Positions 25,730 through 38,615 of a DNA stretch of 64,000 nucleotides are shown here, piece after piece (the stretch's first letter is position 1; each line of letters starts with the position of its first letter). Source of the DNA: Lama guanicoe (Eukaryota). The DNA lies in NCBI GenBank assembly GCA_013239625.1, contig MU053758.1, forward strand, positions 2,356,001 through 2,420,000, written 5' to 3'. Below the pieces are notes generated by a model. That model did no database searches. It was not told the origin of the DNA and saw nothing but the letters and a program-made list of their open reading frames with translations. A program made the position numbers and the translations under genes.

Positions 25730-26425
25730 TAAGTAAAGTGCTGCAAAGAAAATAACAGAATGCAGAACCAGAGAATAACCAGGGGACCACTTTGGATAAG
25801 GGCATCAGAAAAGGTTTCCCCTGGCAGTGAAGGAACAAACTGAGATTTGAAGGGTGAAAAGGAGCCAGCCATGAAAAGAGAGGGAGTGAGGCAAGAGGAT
25901 TGGTTGGACCAAGAAACAGCTCAACCCCTAGGGTGGGAAGGTGATCTTTCCAGTGTTTGCAGAGTGGAAAGGAATGCCAATGAGCCTGGAGAACGGAGAC
26001 GGAGTGGAAGAGGCAGAAAATGACACTGGGGAGGGAAACAGGAACCAGACCAAGCTGGTAAGGAGTTTAGATTTTATCCTATATGCTAAGGAAGTCACTG
26101 CAGAGTTTTAAGACAGGGAATGAAAGGCCTGGCTTATAAATTTAAAAGATTACCCCAGCTGCTGTGAGAGAATGAATTGCAGTGGGGTAAGTTGGGAGGC
26201 CAGAGGAGAGACTCAGATGAGAGATGATGTGACCTGGCTTAGGGGAGGGGCATTGAAAAAGGAGAGAAGAGTCTGGACTTGGGTACATCAGTGGTTCTTG
26301 GTGAGAGTCTATATGGAGAGTAAGAGGTAGGGAGAACTTGAAGATGACTTTCAGGTTTCTGGCTTGAGCAACTAACTGGGTGCTGCCATTTATTGATGGG
26401 GAAGCCAGGAGAAGAAACAAGTGGA
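25730..26425 (-). mobile_element. L2 LINE fragment
   Basis: aaggagtttagattttatcct...gagttttaagacaggg...tttaaaagattacccc...gatgactttcaggtttctggcttgagcaact. Confidence 0.65.
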
Positions 26426-28047
26426 AAAATATGTGGACAAAAACTTGGAATGGAGACCCTCTAGAGGCTTCCCTGGCCCTGAATGACAGAGATCTGTGTG
26501 CCCCACCTCAGGGAATTCCCTCTTACCACCTGACTCTGTAGCTTCCCAGCTCACCTGTCAGCTTTTTTGCACATCTAACTTCATTCCTCCTGCTGCACTT
26601 GGGAGTGCATGCCTCTCAAGTTTGGAGAGAGAATACTATCATTCTCAACTCCTTTTTAACTGCCTAAATTCCTGAAATTCTACCACTAAATTCATACTAT
26701 ACTTGTATGCATTGAGCACTCACTATGGGTCAGACTCTGTGCTGGAAGCTTTAGCTACATTATTTCATCCAATCTAGTTAACTATTCTGTCCATTGTATT
26801 AATATAACAATACTAATAGTGACCACTTAATGACAACTCTCTGGAGCTAAGCCCTTTACATAAATTGTCATATATAAATCTCACTGAGAAATAACCTTCC
26901 CAGGGTCACACAGCCAGTTAGTATTGAGATTGGAATGAGAAATCTAGGATTGACTCCAGTTATCTGGTTGTCTAACCCCTCACAAAGGCAAACTCTTGGG
27001 GGTTGGGGGATGAGGACTGCATGAGTGATGGAAGGGAGCCGTTTGGATGTCTTTCCCCTTCCCCTCACTCATTCTGTCCCAAATGAAGCACAGAAGCAGC
27101 ATTATCCTCCCAGACTTACCTGGATGCAGAGGGCAGGCACCTGTGATGGTAACCCCAGGGCCTGCACTCTACAAGGGAAATATGCCCATTTGTTGGGAAA
27201 GGAAGAGTTGTAGGAGCTACAAGACCCTTTAAGTGGTGGCCTGGTATCACTGGAGGGAAGTGCCCACCCACATGATAAAGGGTCCTATTCTGTGATCCTT
27301 GCCTCGCCCGCTTTCTGAGAATGGCTTAGGTGTTTGTGTATGTGTGTGTACATTTGTGAAGGAACTGGTATGGTGATTTGCACACTTACGCAAGCCAGGA
27401 TAAGCCTACTTCTCATGCATTTCCCTCAGAATATATGTGTGTGTGAGGTAGTTATCTGGTTGTCTGCACCCCTACAAAGGCAAATAACTTGTACATTTCT
27501 TAATACCTGTGCCTGCGGGTGGAGTTCATGCAGATGGAAAGGGCCTGGCCCCAGAGTTGAGTTCTAAGCTCAGTTCCCCACCTCTTCTTGTCTGCCTTCA
27601 GCTCTCTGCACCCCCCTTCCCCCATGCTGGGCAGAATGCCCTCAGCCTGTGCCGGCTGGCACACATGCCACATGGTGCCTGGCGCATGTCTGGGCAAAGA
27701 TGACGCCCCCAGGCCCGGCTGGGATACTAAGCCACCCGCTGCCTCCCCCACCTCCAGAACGGAGCGTCCCCATCCCGGCCCCTTTCTCAGCCAGGGACAC
27801 GGGGAGCAGGCAGGGACACAGCACAGACAGTAACAAACACACAGATGCACTCGGAGACGCCCACAGGCGTGTGCCCCAGAGAGGCACAGACGCAGGCGTT
27901 CACAAAGGCTTGGGTACACTGACATACTCATACACGCACATTCGGACACGCCCAAAGAAATTTGTGGGCAGTCACCACTTGCACAGATCCTGGCAGTAGA
28001 CCTGCTAGGTTCCTGACCCTCGGGTTAGTTAGGCAAACCCACGGTGT

Positions 28048-28068
28048 GTCTCTGTCCGTGGTGCTGAA
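28048..28068 (-). promoter_or_regulatory. RE1/NRSE (REST binding site)
   Basis: Minus strand reads TTCAGCACCACGGACAGAGAC. The 17-nt core is identical to the canonical TTCAGCACCACGGACAG, and the match is 19/21 overall. Confidence 0.85.
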
Positions 28069-31000
28069 GCCAGGCAGCCCTCCTTACAGAAGGACCAAAC
28101 GGGAAGATATGGAGGGAGTCCTGGGATAGGTGGTGATCAAGAAAAGAAGGAATGGGGGATAGAGCAGATAAGGGAGGGAGAAATCCACAGATGAGAGACA
28201 GAGGAAGAGACAGGGACAAGGACAGATTAAAAGATACCAGGAGTATCATAGAATGCCTGAACACTGGGACTAGGAGAGGGAAGTGATGACAAAAGGTGAA
28301 CTCAGCCCCCATTCCTGCCCAAGTGCAGGATCAGGCTCAAGGATTTATCTATCTTTGCCTTTCAAAGCCAAGAATGGGAAAAGTTTGGTAAGGGTAAAAT
28401 GGCAGGTGAAGGACCCTGGATGTGTGGTTTCTGTTGACCTCCAGTTGTCCTTTTCCAGGTGTATTTTTGACCTTACAGAGAACCTTAAAATAGTAGAGGA
28501 AGGAAACAAACACCAGGTAAGCCCTATAATGACCCTGCAAATAACTCCCCACCTGATTTCTTATCCTAATTTGTGTTGGGCAAGTGGACAACAATGTTGA
28601 TCTGGATTTGTTCTGGGGATTGCAAGGATTTAGTGACTGCTTAATGTTTATCCACAAGATTGGATTATGGGCTCCTATCTCCCTCTCTTGAGATAAAAGC
28701 TTCCCTCTGGTGGGATTGCCTAGGAGGGATGGATCTCCCACCAGCAGCCTCTTAGTTGTGAAATTTATGGGACATGAGTAATGCCCACTGCCCTGATTGG
28801 GAGGGGAGGGTTTCAAGGACCAAGAGGCTTATCATATAACTAGGCAAGGTGGGAGAAAGGGGGAGATGAGAGAGAAAAAAAGAAGAAAGGGAAAGAGAAA
28901 GAGCTGTGAAGATGGACAGAAGGATGAAAGAAGGAAGAGGAGAGAGCCTGGAGAAAGAGGAAGGAAGAGGGTGGAGATGCAGAAGGCAGGAGTGAGAGAG
29001 GGCATGAATGACCCTGACAGATTCCGGTGTCCAGGGAAAGGGCAGGTGGAGCAAATTGCTTCCCTCAAGCTCCTTGGGGGCCCAGATTAGACTGGAAGTC
29101 CAGCCTGGTCCTGCAGCTGTTCACAATGGCATCCTTCACCCAGAGCTTCAGGCAGAAAGATCCCATGGGACAGGACTATGGATGTGAAGAGCAGCTGCCC
29201 CAGCAAAGAGGATGGGTGGAGTCAGATGCAATCAAATCTGTGTGTGTGTGTGGTTTCGTGGGTGGAATGGGAAGAGTGTGTGTCTCCTTGGTGGTGTTTC
29301 CACCTATGTGCATGTGGGCAGTGGCAGGAAGAGAAAGCCACATGTGTGGGTGTTCACTGGAGACTGGAGACTTGACTGATGGTGAGGAGCAGGCAGAGGA
29401 AAAAGAGAGGCAGAAGAAGAATAAGCAGAAAAGAAGGGATATTGGATGTCCTAAAAATTTTTGCACCTCCTAATTATTCTCTTATTCTTATCAAAAGAGT
29501 AGAAGCCAAGCCTAAGATACAAGCTGGGCATATGCGCCCCAGTGTTCTTATCTGTAGTATAGTTGTAATGAGAGTCCCAATCTCACAATGTGGTTGAGAT
29601 GATTATCAGCTCATACATAATGGTTAAGTCAGTTACTGATACACAATAAGTTCCAAATATCTGTTAGTTTCCAGGTTGTTGTTATTGTTGTCTTATCTTG
29701 ATCTTGCACTAGGATCAGTTGAGAAATCTTTCCTGTTTAACTAGACTTTTTTTTGGCTATAGTTTCAGGTCCAACCTTTGGGCACCATGGAGGACTATGA
29801 TGTCCCAGCCTTTCAAGTTTACTCCTAAGGAGAAGGAGCTAGGAAGTTTTCTGGGATACAGAGGGGGAGCCCCCTGGTCTAGGGAATAGGATGCCCATGA
29901 GGGGCTATTAAGGATGATTCCTGAAAAAGCTGAACCCTGGACCTAAATCCGTGCCTCTCTGCCCAGACTGCAGCTTCACACTCCACCCTGTTCAGTGCTG
30001 GTGCCCCAGGCTTGCTCAGGACTGTATGATGTGGACACGTGGGTCATTTCTTCCTGACTGCTCTCCCAATCCCAATCCCTTCCCCTTTTTTCTTCCTACC
30101 CCTCTGTTTCTTTCTTGTCCCCTTCTTTCTTCTCAGAAATCTAGTTGAGGGAAAAGGAATTCCCTCACTACTTAGAGGGGTGGGATTTCCCCACCTTGTA
30201 CAGGCCAAATGGATGGTCTCATTCTGGAGGTCAAGGAAGCATGTGGGATCAGGCACAAGGAGGGGTTAGGGGTGGCAGGGCAGCCCCTATGTCCTCCCAT
30301 TCCCCCCAGCTCCTGTCTCATCACTGTCACCATTCAATCATAGCAGATGGGCTGCAGCTGTGAGCGCCAGCCCGGCACACAGGCTGGTCCGTGCCACTTG
30401 GGAGAGAAGGAAGAGAAAGGGAGGGAGGGAAGGAGGAGGGAAGAAGGGAGGAGGGAGAGAGGAAAGGGAAGAAGAGGAGGAGGAAAAGGAAGAGAGTGGA
30501 GGAGGGAGAGATGGCTTGAAGAGAAAGACTTTGTACCTTTTATGCCTCTCCCTTCCCAGCAGGAGAGCAGAGGCCAGGGCTGGGCTCACAAGCTGGGCAG
30601 TGCCAGGCGAGATGGGCATATGCCCTTGATTACTACCAGGACCGCAGGCCAAGCCTCCGCAGCCGCCACGGCCTCATAAATCAGTTTTTAAGTAGCAACC
30701 ACATGGACATTTCCCAGCTGAGAGGCCTGGCCTCTGTCGGCCCAGCTAGGGCAGCCCTAGTGGAGGGGCAGGTGCCAGGCCAAGGCAAGGAAAAGAGAGA
30801 GGTGGTCATCAAGGCCTGATGGGATATGGGGTTGGAGCTTGTTCAGGCAAAACCTGGGGACAGCAGCTCCCACCAATAAAGAGTAGGTAAGAAGATGATA
30901 CGAGGCTGACAGTGGGTCCAGAGCCCCCCGCTGGGGCTTCTAGACCCTCTCCGAGGTTCCCCTGGGAGATCTGCTTACAATGAGGAGGATGGAACAACCA

Positions 31001-31429
31001 CAAGAACTTCATCCCTCCAGGTCCCCCCTCCCACTAAGAACAGAATCTGTGTGAATATGAGGGCAGTGCGTGGGTCTGTGTATTTGAGTATCTGAATGTG
31101 CTTACGGCTCTTGGTGGGTAAGAAGTTATGTCCCCAGTATCTAACCCAGGCCCACCACAGACCAAGAATCCATAAAACTACTTGACTGAATAAGTGATTG
31201 AATATGAAGGGGGCTAGTTATGTGTGTTTATAGGAATGGGTGCATTTATATCTGAGTGTTTATGATCTCTGAGTCTGTGTGTATATGTATGTGTATATGT
31301 GTGTAGGGGTGTCTGTGGGTGCTTTGGGGAGATCTATTCTTACAGATATCCCTCCACATCTTCCTTTTCAGGATCTCCACCCTCCCCTGGGCCCTGATTC
31401 CCCACTTCTAAGGAACCGCCAGTAGGACA

Positions 31430-32480
31430 GCAGCTTGTGAATTCCACACCCCCTGCCCGATTTCTTGCTTGGCGCCCCCTCTGCCTCCTCCGCAGGCCGG
31501 CGTTGGTAGTTGAGGGTAGGGACTTGGCTTAGAGGGGGGTGTCGGGAGTCTTGCCCCTGGAACCGCGGGCAGAGCTGGCGAGTTGGGGGCGCCCAGCCTT
31601 CTTGCGCCCGGTGTCTCCTCCCTGGGTGAACAGATGTCTCGGAATTTTAGATGTGCTCTCCACCCCTCCTCGCAGTAACCAGCCCCCAACCCCCCAAGCT
31701 GGCACCGGCTGTGGCGTGGCGCCCTCCCCCTCCCCCACCTCCAGCAGCAGAACCGGCTGATGGATCAGGGAGCGAGCCGGAGGCCTGGGTCAAGGGGCGG
31801 GGGAGGCCCGCGGGGTCTCGGCAGCGGGCTAGGCCGAGTCCCAGAGGCTCCTGGCGCGGAGGGAACGGGGTCAGCGCTGCTCCGGCCTCTTGCCTTCCCT
31901 TCTGCCGCATCTCTTTAGCTCTCTCTTCTGTCTCTGTCCGCGATCACCAGTCTATGCCCTATCCTACAGCCCAGCCGCGTCTATGCAAACCCTCCACGCA
32001 GAACCTCTTACTTCGCGACAGAAACTCCTCCTGGCAACTTCGGCGGAATTCTTCCCTCCAGAGACCCCTTTTCCTGCATTCCGTGAGCCACCCCACCCCC
32101 AACTGGCCGCCTGCCTGCCCTCAGTAAAAACCCGGAGTTAATCCAGAGAACGTGGAGGGAGGGCAGGAAGCAAGCGGGACTCGAGATTAGGGAGGCCGAG
32201 GAGACCGGTCCGGCCGGGCTAAGAGACACCCAAATTTTCTAATCACTGCTAATTAATGAACAATCCAATTCCGTGGACCCACAACTCGAGGAAGGGGGCG
32301 GGACCCGCGGAGGGCAGGAGGGGTCCTTGGCAGGACTTGACAGCCCGGTGGTGCCAGGCGCCCTCCCCCACCCCACCCCTACCCGCCAGCATTCCGAGGT
32401 AACAGGCATTTGTTACCCAGCTCGTGCCAGGAGCGATTGGCAGGTTCGAGTAGGCACAGTCATTCCGCACACAGATGTCC
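31430..32480. promoter_or_regulatory. CpG-rich island downstream of NEUROD2
   Basis: CpG density is visibly raised. Includes an AT-rich homeodomain/SOX patch (CTAATTAATGAACAAT) at about 32248-32263. Confidence 0.55.
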
Positions 32481-33379
32481 CTGCGCTCACTCTTCTGATA
32501 TGAATTCTGTCAGCTCCAAATCTGAGGGAGATGAGAAGACAGCCACACAGACAGTTACAGACAGACACAGACAGCACAATTGTCTAGAGGACACAGAACT
32601 CCACCAGTTTTTATTTTTCTTCCCTGAAAAAAAAATTAGATGAAAGAAAAATAAGAAAGGCTCCCACTAATTTGGGAGAACATATCTGAACCCCTGAAAG
32701 TGGCCCTCACTCCTTCCATCCTCCCATGATTGCCTGCCCAGACTTTTTCAGTCTCACCCCAGCACTCTACAACACTGTCCCGAACATTAAATCTTTGCAG
32801 CTAGAGTTGTTGCAACCAGAGCCTCCCTGACCCAGAATTCCTGAATCCTTGCAAGTTCTAGAATATCACCAAGGTGTAAGTTCCAGTCTTCTAGAATCTC
32901 TGAAATTCAAAATTTCAGAACTCCTGCTCCTGGGTAAATTGTGCCCAGTGCCAAGTCCTTGGATTGCCTTCATTAGAGAGGGGAAACTGGGTGGTGCACT
33001 CTGGAGCCCTGGAATGGAGGGCCCCACGTGCCTTGGCAAACAGCCAAAACTGCAGCCTGCCCTTTGAACTAGTTATATGAAAAAGTCAGGCCGCCTGACT
33101 CCAGCCCCTTCCTGGTGCTCTTTCCCAGCTCCCATCCTGACCCTCCACACCTGACCTGGCTATCCCATCTCTGCCCGCCCCGCGGCTGTGGGAGCGAGCT
33201 GGCTGGTTACTGGGCATCTGTGAGCAGGATGGGCATGAAGAGCCGCTGGGGTTTGGTTCTCCCTGGGCAACCGGTGCTGGTGGCAGAAGAAGAGGCAGGC
33301 AAAGGGGGCAAATAAACTCGATAATGTCGGAAGAGTGGGGCACAGAGGGGTTTGGGTTGTGGTTTGTTGGGTTGTGTTT

Positions 33380-34720
33380 TTTAATCTTTCTTTCTTTTTC
33401 CTTTTTTAAAGAAAAAGCCCCCATCCTGTGTCATCATTTTTATGGGATCTGCAATTCTGGCAAAAATCTGTCTTTAATTTAGCTGTCCATATAAAAATCC
33501 TCACTGTATAATAATGAACAGATGCCATGGAATTTAAGCTGGAGCTTCGGCTCCTCCCCGCCTTCCCCCCGCGCCTGGCACCGGGCACCGGGCACCGGCT
33601 GAGTGGCACAGACTGGCACCAACGCGCGAGCGAAGGGTGGGCAGGGGGCGACCTGGGCTCGGCGCCAGGGCGCTGGGGTGGTGAAGGGGTGTCCAGGCGC
33701 CGGGCTTGGCCAGCCGGGAGCTTTTTTTCGTGGCGGCACCAAGGGAGACGTGTCTAAGGAAATTTTCTGTCTTTTTCTACAAAATGATCAGTAGTTAAGG
33801 ATTTTGTTTTGATTTTGTTTACGGGCTGTGTGGTTCTTCTCAGATTAAAAAAAAAACCGCCCTCCCCCCAAAATAAACCCGAATGTTTTCGATGTTTTAA
33901 TTGAATTGTTTTTCACCCATCCCCGGCGCTGCGCCCCGGCCTCTGCCTCAAAGCCTAGCCGAGCGCTAGTTCGCTGCAAGCGGGATCCGTTCTGCGTTTG
34001 GCCGTCCCGCAGCCTCTGCGGTATCCTGGGCGCCGAGGCCCCGGGGAACTCCCAGGCAGCTCCCGCGGGGCAGGAGTACCCAGTTGCCCTCCAACAATGA
34101 GGCTGGTTGTAGCATCTGATTAGTGAGCGGGAGAGATGAAGACAAGAGAGAAAGCCCCACTTGCCCCACACCAATTCTCTCACTTTTCCCAAGGGGAAAG
34201 AAAGAACTTTGTGAGTCCGGTGTTCCCTGATGCCTCCGCCTACGGTCGTCGAGAAAGCAGGCATCGGTTCAGAATTGAGGGGTTGGTTCTGAGCCCCCCC
34301 ACCCCCACCTCTCGCCTTTAATGCAACTCTGGCGAGAACAGATGTCCCAAGCCGGGCGGACTGCCCAGACCCCGCCCAGCTGTGCCCTTGGCGAAGACTT
34401 GGCTGAGGGTAAGAACTGGCACGCGGGTCCCCGAAGGGGCTTGGGGGCTCCCTTGGCCCTGGTGGGACCTGACCCTCGCAGCCTTGGCCTCCTGGCTAGC
34501 GCAGCCTCGGGCGAGAAGTGGAAGCGCCCCGGAAAGACCCGTTCCTAATTCAATTAATTCCTAGAAGAGGAATGAGACGCAGACAGAGGTGGAGAGAAGC
34601 CGAAAGAAAGGTTCGAATAACCGACCACCAGATACACACTCGACTTGGGAACCCTGCAGCCTTAGTCAAGTCCTGGAAGTCCACGCTGGGTTCCTGCGCT
34701 GGAGCGGGCAAGCGAGTTGG
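33380..34720. promoter_or_regulatory. CpG-rich island preceded by an AT-rich block
   Basis: TATAAAA at 33490-33496, CAGATG at 33519-33524 and (GGCACCG)x3 at 33577-33597, followed by CpG-dense sequence. Confidence 0.5.
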
Positions 34721-37700
34721 CAGCTCCAGAGCCACACCAGGGCTCTTATCTGGGCAGGGTCTCTACCTAGCTCCCTCGGCACAGCCAGCAACTGGGGGTT
34801 CCCTCACTTTTTCCCTGCTCTGAGCACCCCAGCTTCCACTCCGCACACTAGAGGGCTGAGGCCCCCAGCCCCTGGCATCTCTCCCCAGAAACCCATTGCC
34901 CTTCTGCCTGGGAGCCTAGTCTTGATCTGGGCCTTCTCCTGCTGGCACTTTCAGAAGGGCAGCATGCTCCTATCCTAGTGCTTTAGGGTGGAGAAAATTC
35001 CAGAGAGCAAAACAGCCTTCCCGAGGTGTCTGTGCCCTTTCTTCCCACTTCTTAACCAGGAAAACTGTCTAGAATTTTAGAAGATGCTGAACAGAAAGGC
35101 AGAAATTACTTCAGGATTTGGAAAAGGAGTAGAGTTTCAAGATTTCTCACAACCCAGGTCTTCACCTTCTCTCCAGGCCTGTAGCCAGTGCCTGAGCATC
35201 TAGCCCTAAAGAAAAGAAAAGTGACACTGTCTGAGGCTGTGAGCTGGGGAGCCTGTTGTGAAAGCCAAGACGTCTGCCCCCTCTCACATCTTGCAAAAAG
35301 AAGCTTTCTCCTTTGAGCACGTAGGGGCAGTTCAGGTGTGGAATCCTGGGCTGACTCCTGGATTCACATTGAGGGCTCAGAAGTGAAGGTGGAAGTCAAG
35401 GCTGATCAGGCCTGGCATGCATCATCTCTTTCTTTGCACTTTGCTTGAGAATTAAACTGTGGAATGTAGAAATATCCCTCAGTCTGAATGTTCTCTTAAA
35501 AAAGTCAACAGATTCCTTCAAGGAGCAGGCAACTCGGGGTTAAAGATTCTAGGGAAGAGGAGGAAGAAAATGTCACTCAAGAGGGAATTAAATCTCTGAC
35601 TCTCCTCAAGATTCTTGTATCTACTGGTTTGTGGACTTTCCTATAAAAGGGGAAAAGATATAAACATAAGCCAGCGGAGTTTACAGAGTGTTAGGGTTTC
35701 CCTGTCGCTGACTCCAATGGGTCTCGGTTTCTCTGGATTGTACTCAGCGATTTTCTGGGCTGTCCCTCTGGATGATGAAATCAGAGCTGGGGGTCCACTG
35801 GAGGTTCACTGGGGATCAGGGGCTAACTGTCCAGATCCTGGTTGGAATAGAGTTAAATGAGACAAGAGAAGTAGAAATGCTTTTCCTCCCTTTCCCCCCT
35901 TATCTACAAATGACCTGGACTCAGAGACATCTCTATTTCTCAGTCATTTCCAAACTCTAGTCTTTGAAAAGCTAGGGGCAGGAAAATCAAGGAGAGAATG
36001 CCCCCCCGACTGATCTCGGCTCCGCCTTTGGTTTTGCAGCCCAGGAATTGAGCTGAAACGGCTGGTTCGTGCTCGGAGATCCCACTGCTCAGACTAGGGC
36101 AAGGAGGGCGTTCTCTCTGCGACTTCTCCCTCTGCCCTCTCCTTCTCACCGCTCTGGCCCCTTTTTGCCCCCTACAAACACACCTCCTTCTGTTCCTGGA
36201 GCTTCTCTGTGTGTGTACGCGCAAGCGGGAAAGCCAGCAAGAGAGAATGAACTGCAAGGGGGAGTTTGGGGCCGTGTGTCCACGCACATCTTCTTCTCCT
36301 GCTCATCTCACCATCTCGCCAGGGAAGTTGAGTGTTGGGTAGGAGGCTGATGGGAGGACAGAGCGCAGCCAGAGTGAAGAGAGTGTGGGGGAAGGGTCAG
36401 GAATTGGAAAAGGAAAGGCTTATGAGGATTCGAGATTCACCAGAAGCAGAGGCGCTGGGGATACCGGCCCCAAAAGGGGCCCGGGCACCCCGACCGCCCA
36501 AAGTGACCACAGACGCCTTGGCTGAGAGTCACCAGCATCCTTGGAAATGGGCTAGAATCTGCCTTCAAAAGCATAATCAAGCAGGGTGGAGCAGCCTGAA
36601 GAGCAAAGCACAGGGGTCTGTGGTCTGGCCAGGGGAGCCACATGGAGGGGTCTTTTGCTTCCAGCCCCAAGCTACTTGGATGCTGCCCAGTCCAAGACTT
36701 CAGAACGGGTTCTGGGAAGCCAGCTGAGTGGGACAGAAGCCCAATTAACTTTGCTCTTAGGGCATGATAAGACTCAGGCCTCAGGTTGTGTACCAAGTTC
36801 TTTTCCTCTCCAGTTTTCCCTGTCAGGCCATACCCCATGCCATGAGCAGACCAGATTCCCTCAGATTTGGGTCTGAGGCGAGCATCTTACTCTACACTCC
36901 ACGCAAGAATTGAAGGAGATTGAAGGTGGGTCAACTTCTTTCTCTCAAGAATAGGGGTGATTTAGAGGTCTATAAGATTCCCTTAGGCCATCGACAGGAG
37001 CAAATCCTTGGAATGAAGGGTGCACTTCTTAATCTCACACTAGGGAAGCGATCTTATGAGAATTCCAGAGAAGGCAATGAAATCTTGAAAGGACTCCAGT
37101 GAAATTCTCCAAAAACTGCGGAAGAATTCCGCCCAGAATTTCAACAGGCTGGGCGTTGGGAAGGGTCTCACACTGCGCGTCTCTCCCCAGGGCCAGGCAA
37201 GCTCAGCCTCTCTCTGGGGCTGGAAAGCACAAGACTAGGCGAGAGTCAGCACCCGGGAGCGGACAGCTCCCGGCCCGGTCCCAGCTCCGCCCTCAGCCAG
37301 CCTAGGGTGGAGGAGGGAAAGCAATGTCTCTACTGCAGTGGTCATTTAGGCGAGCCGCTGAGCTCAAGGGCAGAGAGTATAATTCAATCTACCCCCCATT
37401 CGTATTTAGGGAGTCTTTCAACTACCTTTCCCTTTTCCCCTTCTGTCAGGGTACTCTCATTTTGGGATCTTAGATCCAACCTTTCAAAATCTCAGCATGC
37501 CTGACCTTAAGCCCCAAACTCAACACTACAACCCCCATTTCAGCCCTAAAATGAGCAGAAGTGTTTTCGGGGGGGAAAAAAACAGTTGAAGTACGCAACA
37601 TCAGAAACAGCCCAGTCCTGGTACTTCTCAGTGTGTTCAGGCTTTGGGATGGGGAGGGGCTCTTTGGGACTTAGATGCCTCTCCAAATACTCCAGGGATC

Positions 37701-38609
37701 TAGTGGGTACTGCCGTCTTGGGGGGAGGGGTTCTTTCAGGGAAGTCAGCTCAGAGCTCCCTCTGCCCCGGAGGGCTGGAGAAAGAACTGTGAGGTTTCCT
37801 TGCCTGAGAGGATCCTCCGCGGTGCCCTTTCTCTGTCTGCTTATGTTGAGGGCTTCCCTCTTTCGGGAGCTGCACCAGGCAGGAAGGGGGTTGTCTTGAT
37901 GTGGACCAGAGGGCTTCTCGATGCCCTGTCAGGGGAAGCTCATGGCTAGGCTAAGCTCCACTCTACCTGGTGGGCTCCTAGACTCAGTTCCCACCCCACA
38001 GAGCTCTGGAGTGTTCCTCCAACTTCATCAACACCACTACAAATTTTAACATTCCTGAGGCTAAAACTGGCTGATTCCCCTCAAACACAAATTTAAGACT
38101 GAAAAGACTTCTTCCGTTAATATTTCATCCTCATAACCTGATAGTTTTTTAAATTTAAAAACACCCCTATCTGGCTCAAGTGATTGTCTCTTCACCTCTG
38201 CACGCTTGTTTTTTGCAACAGTGGGCAGAGGGTCGTAAAATGACCGACTACTCCCAACTCATTTTTCAGTGATGAAAAGATATTTTGTTTTTAAAGGAGG
38301 TGCATGTGCGTGTTTGGGAACTGAAGGAGTGTAGGGAGATTAGTGCAATGCTTTGTGCTTGGGGGGTGTGTAAGTCTGTGTAAGGTCTGGGAGAGGCAGC
38401 GAGTGTAGCTGTTTTGGTGCCCAGTGGGTAAGTGTGAGGGGGTTTGCAGTGAGGGAATCCCACCCAGGAATGTCCAGGGGGTACCTCTACCTGGCCACTG
38501 TACAGTCACTGGACTCTGTTTATCACCTGGAGCCCCAGCTCAATCCCCGGAATGAAAGGAGGCCACCGTGAGAAACCGGGTCCGGCTTTGCATCTCATTT
38601 ACATAAATA

Positions 38610-38615
38610 TTTATT
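38610..38615 (-). terminator. NEUROD2: NEUROD2 distal polyadenylation signal (AATAAA)
   Basis: TTTATT on the plus strand, about 1.7 kb past the stop codon. This gives an mRNA of about 3 kb, consistent with my recollection of the mammalian transcript size. Confidence 0.65.

Noticed and set aside
28797..30679. Lys/Arg/Glu-rich ORFs
   Set aside because: They are translations of purine-rich low-complexity tracts, with no splice or domain support.
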